Below are positions 15,966-22,892 of a DNA stretch of 58,078 nucleotides, in pieces. Both the position numbers and the translations under genes were made by a program. The DNA lies in contig CAZTXT010000001.1 in NCBI GenBank assembly GCA_964617735.1, forward strand, positions 78,260 to 136,337, given 5' to 3'. The notes under the pieces are model-generated. The model was not told where the DNA came from. It saw only the letters and a program-made list of their open reading frames with translations, and did no database searches. Position 1 is the first letter of the stretch, and every line of letters begins with the position of its first letter. Source of the DNA: an uncultured Candidatus Saccharibacteria bacterium. GTDB taxonomy: Bacteria > Patescibacteriota > Minisyncoccia > Phycocordibacterales > DSPV01.

Positions 15966-17951
15966 ATGAGGTCTTCGACGCAACTTGGAATAGTTGCAAC
16001 CTTGCTCTTGAAATCGCTCTCGTTATGCGCAGACGAGGTTACTACAAACGCCATGTCGCCTATCGTGAGCTACCAATACCTTAATGCCGTGGATGAGCAG
16101 GGAACAACGCTGGCAAGTCCGATAGTTAGTTTCCAATTCCTGAGCTCATTGGGCGAGGCGGCAACGACAGTATTTAGCCGCATTGTGGGCTACCAGTATT
16201 TGGATTGGGCAGGCAATGACGCGTTACAACTGGAGAGCAGTGATCAGGTGAGCTATTACTATCAATTTCTAAACGTCCCGCCTCTCGTTATTATCCCTAC
16301 GAATCGCACGGCAACTGCCACAGAGGTCAGTCCTTCAGTTGTTCTCCCTGGCCCAGATCCTTGGCAACTCAAGACGTTCACAAATGGCATGCTTAGGACT
16401 AACGTGGCGCCTGATTCAAACTGGATGAGCGTTGTGCTGACCCATGGCTGGAACAGCAGCCCGGAGGCATGGGCAACGAACATGGCACAATTGATTTCTG
16501 CAAACGCTACAACATCGGCGAATATTTTAATTTGGGACTGGACGAGCGCTTCGCAGTCCACGCCATGCCTCTCATTGCAGGCGGATTTCGTTGGAGCGGC
16601 GCGACTGACACCTGACCAAGGATTCGCGTTAGCGATGGCATTGCGCTCGAAATTAGGAACAAATTATTCGCACCAGATTCATTTTATCGGGCACAGCCTT
16701 GGCGCTCTGGTAAACGGATTCGCCGCAATCTACCTCCATCACCACGGATTCGCTCCTACTAACACTCAAATAACAATGTTTGATGAAGCAGAAGTAGCAA
16801 CAGATCTGAGTTGCCCGGAACTCTTGAATGCAGTCCTGTTCAACCAGTGGAATCCTCTTTCGCCGAAGCCATACTATTGTCATCCCCTGCCGCGGCAATT
16901 CGCCTGGGCAGACAACTACATCACTGCGTTCGGGCTTCTGCATCCTGATGCGCACAACGTCATCCTTACGAATGGTTTCCCGGGCAATGCTGCGAACCTG
17001 ATAAACTTGGGTCAGAAGTTAGCTAATTTTCACAGTTACCCTTGCGATTGGTACGCCGAGACGGTTAGCAGTAACAATTCGGCGATGGGGCATCAGTGGT
17101 CGTTTGAGCAGGGCGGATTTTCGGGAGGGCGCGACACGAACACCGTCTTCCGTCAATCGTTTAATGGGTCGCTTTGGAATCTTGCGGAGTTGGATTATGC
17201 TGCTGGCAGCAATTACTTGGCCGGGCGATTTGAGAAGTATCGCGACGCCGTGAAGTATGCTGTTACTAATAAGTCTCCGAGCGCTATCGCCGCAAATGGA
17301 ATTGTGTTCGGCTTCGTGCTTCTTGGGCTTACATTTGACGGCTTCGTTTTGTACTTGCAAACCAGCGCTGCCAGTCCTCAAGTTTCTGAATTCCCCCGCC
17401 AGGGTTCCCACGGGCACGACGGTGGTGCGGGCGGGAACGGGAGCACGGGCGCATGTGCCTGGTTGAGGCTACCGATTCCTGCCGACGGAGTTTCCATCTC
17501 CTTTGATTTCAAGGTTGACGGCGATTGGCAGGATGATTCGCTGGCGGCGGCACTAAATGGAACAAACTTACTTCTACTTGCCGCCAGCCAAGTCGAGACC
17601 AACATTGTGCTCAATAGCGGCCTCATTGATATAAGGTCATATGCTGGCCAAACGAACGAACTCTTTGTCGGAATCGTTGGAGGCACCTCCACGAATGCTC
17701 TGCTGACCGTGGGGAACGTTGCGATCTACACAGCCGCAGTGCCGTCATTGCACGGGGAAGTAAGCGGAAGGGATTTCAACATTTCGTGGCCGCTCACGGC
17801 ACAGAACTTCAACTTGGAATCTACAACCAATCTGGAGCTGATAAATTCTTGGACGGCAGTCACCAACACCCCGGCCATAGTCAATTTCCAGAACATAGTC
17901 ACGAATGACGCTTCCACGGATAGTAGGTTTTACCGTCTAAGAAAGTATTAA
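15966..17951 (+). CDS. Secreted alpha/beta-hydrolase (lipase-like) with C-terminal Verrucomicrobia-style appendage
   Basis: VLTHGW, nucleophile elbow GHSLG; C-terminus ISWP...FNLESTTNL...W...VTN...RFYRLRK. Confidence 0.75.
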   Translation: MRSSTQLGIVATLLLKSLSLCADEVTTNAMSPIVSYQYLNAVDEQGTTLASPIVSFQFLSSLGEAATTVFSRIVGYQYLDWAGNDALQLESSDQVSYYYQFLNVPPLVIIPTNRTATATEVSPSVVLPGPDPWQLKTFTNGMLRTNVAPDSNWMSVVLTHGWNSSPEAWATNMAQLISANATTSANILIWDWTSASQSTPCLSLQADFVGAARLTPDQGFALAMALRSKLGTNYSHQIHFIGHSLGALVNGFAAIYLHHHGFAPTNTQITMFDEAEVATDLSCPELLNAVLFNQWNPLSPKPYYCHPLPRQFAWADNYITAFGLLHPDAHNVILTNGFPGNAANLINLGQKLANFHSYPCDWYAETVSSNNSAMGHQWSFEQGGFSGGRDTNTVFRQSFNGSLWNLAELDYAAGSNYLAGRFEKYRDAVKYAVTNKSPSAIAANGIVFGFVLLGLTFDGFVLYLQTSAASPQVSEFPRQGSHGHDGGAGGNGSTGACAWLRLPIPADGVSISFDFKVDGDWQDDSLAAALNGTNLLLLAASQVETNIVLNSGLIDIRSYAGQTNELFVGIVGGTSTNALLTVGNVAIYTAAVPSLHGEVSGRDFNISWPLTAQNFNLESTTNLELINSWTAVTNTPAIVNFQNIVTNDASTDSRFYRLRKY

Positions 17952-17981
17952 CTCACCGCAGGGGCTCAGCGGCAACCGCCG

Positions 17982-18392
17982 CTAGTCGTGGAAGATGGTA
18001 GCCAAAAACGGTATGGCGACCAAAGAGACAAAGAGATCAAGCACGACGGCTAGAAAGATGCCGAAGGCAATTAGTTTTAGGATTATTTGGAACTGGGCTC
18101 GCGGCGGCTTCTGGTTGATTGTGGCTTCTGTGGATGGTTGATGTGAAGTGCTTGGCCTGGATCTTGTCTGATCTTGGGTTGGACGCAGGAATAGGAGAAT
18201 CAGTATAGAGCCGACAATTAGAATACCTGATAGAAGGCCACCCCGTATCATAACCTGCATTTCTGCCATGATATCGTCGGCAGGTTGCGGCATAAAGACG
18301 ACATATGACAGTATTATAGCGCCAACGAAGGAGCCTAACGTGATGGCAACGTAAGAAATGTAGCGAATAATGTGAATCAAGGCGTTTTTCAT
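17982..18392 (-). CDS. Three-TM hypothetical membrane protein
   Basis: 136-aa ORF with hydrophobic segments. Confidence 0.6.
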   Translation of the reverse strand: MKNALIHIIRYISYVAITLGSFVGAIILSYVVFMPQPADDIMAEMQVMIRGGLLSGILIVGSILILLFLRPTQDQTRSRPSTSHQPSTEATINQKPPRAQFQIILKLIAFGIFLAVVLDLFVSLVAIPFLATIFHD

Positions 18393-18529
18393 ATGTCTTG
18401 TTGTCTTGTTGCGCAGGGGTGACCATTATTGTACCCGAAATTAGTTTCATAAAAAAGCCGACGTTGTGGACGTCGGCTGTGTTGGCTCAAAGCATCCGTT
18501 GTAGGAGGCCTGTGAGCAGCAAAATAATA

Positions 18530-19171
18530 TTAGGCAAGTCGAGCACGTGCCGTGCGACAGTGGTGCTCGTCCAGTTCAATGAGGACGAACTTGCGATGAG
18601 CAGCCCTGGCGGCAACACCAGTGGTGCCCGAACCTGCAAACGGATCTAGCACAATATCGTCTGGTTGCGAGAATGCTTCGATCAGCGGCAAAAGACAAAT
18701 CACCGGTTTTTCCATTGGGTGAAACTCATTTCCTGTGTATTCCCAATCGAAAACGTCATCTGGCGGATAGGCCGGCCTCAGCGGTTTGCCTTTGGCCAGG
18801 AGGAATGCTACTTCGTGATAGCTGCGAGTGTAGCCCTCGCGTGAACAATAGTCTTTCACCCAGATCAGATGACTGACCGGACGAAACCCCACCTGTTTCC
18901 AAACGTGCATAAACCGATCAATCCAAGGCCAGCCATAAAAGCTGGCGCAAAATCGGTCGGGCTTAAGCACGCGATGAATCTCGTGAAATGCCGGCCGCAA
19001 CCAATGATTGTTGTCATCGTTGGCGCAACGCCGACCGTCGCGAGCAACATACCTGGTTAGGTAAGGTGGATCGGTGAGCACTAAGTCAACACTTGCGTCG
19101 GGCATCGTGCGCAGAACGGAAATGCAATCGCCGTGAATGACCTGGTTAAGGAAGCTATCGATGGTTTGCAT
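18530..19171 (-). CDS. Orphan DNA methyltransferase (N6-A/N4-C, beta class)
   Basis: Motif IV TDPPY precedes motif I DPFAGSGTT; HPMEKP. Confidence 0.92.
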   Translation of the reverse strand: MQTIDSFLNQVIHGDCISVLRTMPDASVDLVLTDPPYLTRYVARDGRRCANDDNNHWLRPAFHEIHRVLKPDRFCASFYGWPWIDRFMHVWKQVGFRPVSHLIWVKDYCSREGYTRSYHEVAFLLAKGKPLRPAYPPDDVFDWEYTGNEFHPMEKPVICLLPLIEAFSQPDDIVLDPFAGSGTTGVAARAAHRKFVLIELDEHHCRTARARLA

Positions 19172-19185
19172 GTTAAGCCTCCTTT

Positions 19186-19473
19186 TCAGTAATCCTCAGG
19201 CAACAGCACTGTTGTGACAGACCGATCAGCTTCGGTGATAAGCCAGAACTTCGTGCCGTTCTGTGCGTGATATACGGAAAGCAAACGGAAGCCTTCTTTG
19301 AGTGAAAGGTCATTTTCGCTTCTGTCATCTTCACTCACGTCGCCCCAATCGCCAGCCTGGTGCCGTTGAATGGCGACCAGGATGTCTTGGTTTGATACCT
19401 TTCCAAGCGCATTTGGGGTGGCCACAATCCTGCCAAGCCGTAACCGAGCAATGGGTGGTTTGTGAGCGCTCAT
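19186..19473 (-). CDS. Plasmid/ICE-associated conserved small protein
   Basis: LGRIVATPNAL...RHQAGDWG...RLLSVY...WLITEADRSVTTVLLPEDY, a family I recall from mobile-element leading regions. Confidence 0.75.
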   Translation of the reverse strand: MSAHKPPIARLRLGRIVATPNALGKVSNQDILVAIQRHQAGDWGDVSEDDRSENDLSLKEGFRLLSVYHAQNGTKFWLITEADRSVTTVLLPEDY

Positions 19474-19799
19474 AAGCCGAAGTCCTCCATTGCCGAGGCA
19501 ATGGCGTCTTCGTCATCGCCAAGGATTTCCACCAAACCTGCTTTTAACGCTGCCTTGTCGAGGTCGGGTCTGGCCCCCTTGGGACAAGCAGGGCAGCGGA
19601 TAACATCGAGAATTGAGGCACCGAACTCATAACCGGCCGCTTTGAACTGCTCGCGATACCGCCCCGAAAGCCGTTTGGCGACGGGTAGGGAGCGCCAAGC
19701 TTCGGCTTCAGCATGGTCGACGGTCGTTTCGAAAATGGCATCGTGCCGGAGGTGATAGACATCCCACGGCTCATTGCATGATGAACAATGAACATCCAT
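19470..19799 (-). CDS. Hypothetical protein with CxxC pairs
   Basis: MDVHCSSCNEPWD...CPAC; overlaps the next gene by 4 nt. Confidence 0.7.
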   Translation of the reverse strand: MDVHCSSCNEPWDVYHLRHDAIFETTVDHAEAEAWRSLPVAKRLSGRYREQFKAAGYEFGASILDVIRCPACPKGARPDLDKAALKAGLVEILGDDEDAIASAMEDFGL

Positions 19800-19814
19800 A
19801 CGCGTGCTCCTTTC

Positions 19815-20490
19815 TCAGTTGTAGAAGTAACCAAGCTGTCGGAGCGAGCAATGGTTGGGATTGCCAATTATGACATGATCGAGGACCTCAATTTTAAGAA
19901 GTTGGCCCGCGCGAATGAGGTCTCGCGTGACTTTGATGTCTGCCTCTGATGGTTGCGGCTCACCGCTAGGATGATTGTGCATGAGCACAACGGCCGCTGC
20001 CGCCGTGATTATTGCGACCCGGAACACCTCCCGTGGATGGACGAGGATTGTATCGAGCGTGCCGATGCTCACCATCTGATGCCCTTTCACACGCCGGCGT
20101 GTGTTAAGCATGAGGACAGCGAAACATTCGCAGTCCGGCATGAAATACGGATTTGTGGCGATATGGGACCGCCAATAATCGGCAGCGTTCTCTGGAGTTT
20201 CGCACAAATGCATTCCCTCCGGCATGGGGCATTCGCGCAATGTGATTACTTTGTATTCCTTGGCCGGCGGGATCGGTTTGGGATCTGCCGGGGCCTCCTG
20301 CAATTCGAGAGTTGAGGCGGGAACGATTGCATACTTATCCCTGGGGTCATTTCGGGATCGGTGCGTTGGCGCACCGCAAGGATGTTGCCAGCAACGGCGC
20401 CCGGCATTCCAATGGAAGCCAAGATCTTTCAGTTTATCGCGGATTTCCTTGAGTGGCGCGACCGAAAATTCGAGCCACACCCATTTGCCG
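19815..20490 (-). CDS. RadC/JAB-domain protein, 5'-truncated at the repeat
   Basis: VHPREVF, HNHPSG...PSEADI, LDHVII; the frame runs into repeat R3 with no native ATG. Confidence 0.85.
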
Positions 20491-20527
20491 GTTGCACAAT
20501 ATCCTTTTCGCGACGTAGTACTGCAAG
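20491..20527 (-). repeat. Repeat R3 (consensus)
   Basis: Exact 37-bp match. Confidence 0.97.
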
Positions 20528-20591
20528 AACAATCACCGATTTGCTGCAATCTCGATAACGGATAGGAAAGGGCCTGGCAAAAGTTGCAAGC

Positions 20592-20621
20592 AAAAAGGCA
20601 ACGAGAAGAACGCGTTGCCTT
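20592..20621 (-). terminator. Intrinsic terminator in spacer 2
   Basis: AAGGCAACG/CGTTGCCTT 9-bp stem with a T run on the - strand. Confidence 0.55.
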
Positions 20622-20651
20622 CGTGTGAGTCCTCTGCGAACCCTATCTGCA

Positions 20652-20828
20652 TCAGGAAATGCCGAACTTCGCAATCGTAAGCCGGAAGTTTCGTGAGGGC
20701 TTTACCCTGGCATGATTCCGAAGGGATAGATTCAAGGATTCCGAGATCCTGCGGACCTTTTCTGCCATACTTTGGACCTCTCGAATCTCTGACAGAGTCA
20801 AGGATTGTTTTGAGTGTAGTTTATTCAT
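20652..20828 (-). CDS. Small basic hypothetical protein (spacer 2 cargo)
   Basis: MNKLHSKQSLTLSEIREVQ..., 58 aa, followed by a terminator. Confidence 0.35.
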   Translation of the reverse strand: MNKLHSKQSLTLSEIREVQSMAEKVRRISESLNLSLRNHARVKPSRNFRLTIAKFGIS

Positions 20829-21197
20829 AATGGTAAGCCAACAAAGCAAGTGAGAGGCCGTCTCTAAAGGGTTGCCGTACGCAATTATAGACATTTGAAT
20901 GAACCGTGTTCTCCAAAGAGGAACTTGGACAGGCCTTCTGCATCCTAGACATTCCTCCTTTGCTTTGCTGATGGTACCAAATTAGTCCGATTCTGTAAAT
21001 CGGCTTTGGGGTATTGTGCCCATCACAGAAAGCAGGCACACTTTGTCCCCGCCTGGTACAGCTTTGAGACAAACAGACTTGGAACCGCTCAAAGAAGACC
21101 CCGAATCCTTAATTGGCGGAAGAAGGAGTAAAGGGCTTCCACAGCCGCCGCTGCGCCAACTTAGACGTGATAGGTATTGCGTGGTTCCGAACTGACA

Positions 21198-21234
21198 GTT
21201 GCACAATATCCTTTTCGCGACGTAGTACTGCAAG
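21198..21234 (-). repeat. Repeat R2 (consensus)
   Basis: Exact 37-bp match. Confidence 0.97.
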
Positions 21235-21335
21235 GTAAGGGGCCTTTCGGGGGCTGTTATGTTGACGATCAGATCAAATTTGCCGTCACCGTCCCACGGG
21301 CGGTTGACACGCCTGAAAATCTGAAGAGGACCATA

Positions 21336-21629
21336 ATGGTTGAGAGCTTGAAGGCTCAATTGGAATCCTTGCGTGAATCACGACGCGAGAGGGATGAAGC
21401 CGCCGAGATTATCAGGAATGCTTTTAACGAGGTGAGTACCATCAACAAGGTGGCGAATGCGTTTAATACTATGCATCACCAAATGAAAAAGGAGAAAGAA
21501 GAGGCGGCACGGAAAGCAGCTCAAGAAGAACGATTGACCCCTGAGCAAACAGAGGAATTTGTAAAGGAGGCCCTGCAACAAGTTGATAAGCTCTTCCTCG
21601 CCTTGACGGACCGATACTTGCCTAAATAG
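21336..21629 (+). CDS. Coiled-coil hypothetical protein (spacer 1 cargo)
   Basis: GAGGA SD then ATG 21336; 97 aa, charged and helical. Confidence 0.65.
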   Translation: MVESLKAQLESLRESRRERDEAAEIIRNAFNEVSTINKVANAFNTMHHQMKKEKEEAARKAAQEERLTPEQTEEFVKEALQQVDKLFLALTDRYLPK

Positions 21630-21657
21630 AAAAAAGGGGTGCCAGTGGGCACCCCTT
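21630..21657. terminator. Terminator between convergent spacer 1 ORFs
   Basis: AAGGGGTGCC-AGTG-GGCACCCCTT with an adjacent A run. Confidence 0.7.
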
Positions 21658-21691
21658 GTCGCGCGACTGAGCCAAGAATTCCGACCCGCAC

Positions 21692-22132
21692 TTATAACCT
21701 CATTGTGGGCGACGGCGACCCACCGCAGAGCTGTTCGAATTCCTTAGCGGCTTCGTCACCTACCTCCTGTTCGGATGGCGGCTCAACGTAAATCTCGGCG
21801 CAAAGCCGTTGGAAGGTTTCTTGGTAAGACCTGAAGAACTCGGGGTGGCGCCGCATACCGTTTCGCAGCAGATCCTTGATGAATCGGCAACAGGCCTGTT
21901 GCTGCTGATGGTGAAGTTCGCAAATCTTACTTACATGCGAAAAACTCACATGACTCTCCAACTGACGGCGGGCTTCTTCCCTGCAGACAGAGGAGACGAG
22001 CTCACCAAATTGACGCCGTTCGTCCAGCGACAAACGAGGGAGCGTGAGTAAGAAGAGGCGCTTCCACGCAACTTCTCCCTGACTGTCATTTGAGTTCGGG
22101 GTCAGTAGCGCTAATGATTGGGAACTAAGCAT
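21692..22132 (-). CDS. Hypothetical helical protein (spacer 1 cargo)
   Basis: GAAAGGA SD then ATG 22132 (MLSSQ...); 146 aa. Confidence 0.65.
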   Translation of the reverse strand: MLSSQSLALLTPNSNDSQGEVAWKRLFLLTLPRLSLDERRQFGELVSSVCREEARRQLESHVSFSHVSKICELHHQQQQACCRFIKDLLRNGMRRHPEFFRSYQETFQRLCAEIYVEPPSEQEVGDEAAKEFEQLCGGSPSPTMRL

Positions 22133-22250
22133 AGTTGAATTCCTTTCGTTGGCTGATTGGCAGTGCAGAACTCCGCGTACACCATGCACGTGGCGTTCTG
22201 TCTGCCAACCGAGGTTTCTCTGCTTAGTACCGCCCCCTCCATCTTTCGCC

Positions 22251-22278
22251 ATTATATCACGCCTATAATCTATGTCAA
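22251..22278 (-). promoter_or_regulatory. Consensus sigma70 promoter inside spacer 1
   Basis: TTGACA-N16-TATAAT on the - strand. Confidence 0.75.
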
Positions 22279-22524
22279 GAGTATTACAGCCTGACTAAAA
22301 AGCAGAGATTTGCTTGCTGACAGTCTGGGCAGAAGGCTAACTGTCCGGTCTGCGGCCATGCACGACATTCATTCGCGGATGGAGTTTCGCGTCAGCCTGT
22401 TCGTCCTCGCCGGTGAGAACCAACAATGCGATTGGGTAGAAGCGTTCATCATCAAAAACGGAGTGTGCGTCGCGCGGACCGGATTACCATCGTTCTTAAT
22501 ATGACGCATAAGCACGCTGATCGA

Positions 22525-22561
22525 GTTGCACAATATCCTTTTCGCGACGTAGTACTGCAAG
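22525..22561 (-). repeat. Repeat R1 (leader-proximal, consensus)
   Basis: Exact 37-bp match, 38 bp from the cas2 stop. Confidence 0.97.
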
Positions 22562-22599
22562 AGCCAGCAATTTAAGGATTGCCTTCTGAATTTACTTGA
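22562..22599 (-). promoter_or_regulatory. Putative minimal CRISPR leader (38 bp)
   Basis: The only sequence between the cas2 stop and the first repeat. Confidence 0.5.
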
Positions 22600-22881
22600 C
22601 TAAACGATCTCGTATGGTTTTCTATTGCGTGTAATGGCATAGGAAACGTCGTGCCGTTTGAAACAATCTGCGCACAAGACAACTACATGGTACTTATCAT
22701 TGCGACCGTTGAAAATATTTTTCATTTTATTTTCAAATTCAAGTCGTTCGTTTGTACTTATTGGCCCCGAAAATAAATTGCGATGAAGCGAAATAAGTCC
22801 ATAATCAGCACACACAGTCCGCGCCCGTTCTGCCTTTCGAGCATTCTTTGCAAACCATAGTACTATAGAACCCGAATTCAT
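22600..22881 (-). CDS. cas2: Cas2-like protein (divergent)
   Basis: 93 aa directly after cas1; DYGL...LFSG...D...VVLCADCFK aligns by eye with Cas2; the N-terminal YDI motif is replaced by WFA. Confidence 0.75.
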   Translation of the reverse strand: MNSGSIVLWFAKNARKAERARTVCADYGLISLHRNLFSGPISTNERLEFENKMKNIFNGRNDKYHVVVLCADCFKRHDVSYAITRNRKPYEIV

Positions 22882-22892
22882 CCTATTGATAT

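Larger units (their letters stand above)
11559..20490. mobile_element. 8932-bp foreign segment (spacer 3), fragment of an ICE/plasmid-like element
   Basis: Bounded exactly by two identical repeats; carries RadC, MTase, XRE, ECF sigma and secreted proteins; no internal repeat copy found. Confidence 0.7.
10497..22561 (-). CRISPR. Atypical CRISPR array: six 35-37-bp repeats separated by gene-sized spacers (1290, 670, 8932, 423, 530 bp from the leader end)
   Basis: Repeat GTTGCACAATATCCTTTTCGCGACGTAGTACTGCAAG (+ strand) at 22525, 21198, 20491 and 11522 (identical), 11062 (4 mismatches) and 10497 (degenerate); abuts cas2-cas1. Confidence 0.85.

Noticed and set aside
18649-18658. GCACAATATC match to the repeat inside the 8.9-kb spacer
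   Set aside because: Only 10 bp, flanks do not match, and it lies within the MTase motif I coding region (DDIVLDPF); treated as chance.
22310-22524. Small ORFs at the leader end of spacer 1
   Set aside because: Competing short frames on both strands, none with a convincing start or motif; left unannotated.
20361-22560. ORF-track calls that read through repeats (20429-20674, 20982-21359, 21177 start, 22369-22560; likewise 10981-11223 and 11504-11726)
   Set aside because: They exist because the repeat is stop-free in most frames. They join unrelated spacers and lack SD or homology support; better internal starts were used where available.
10497-22561. Classical integron or IS-mediated accretion
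   Set aside because: No tyrosine recombinase, transposase or attC-type sites; boundaries are identical 37-bp direct repeats next to cas2.
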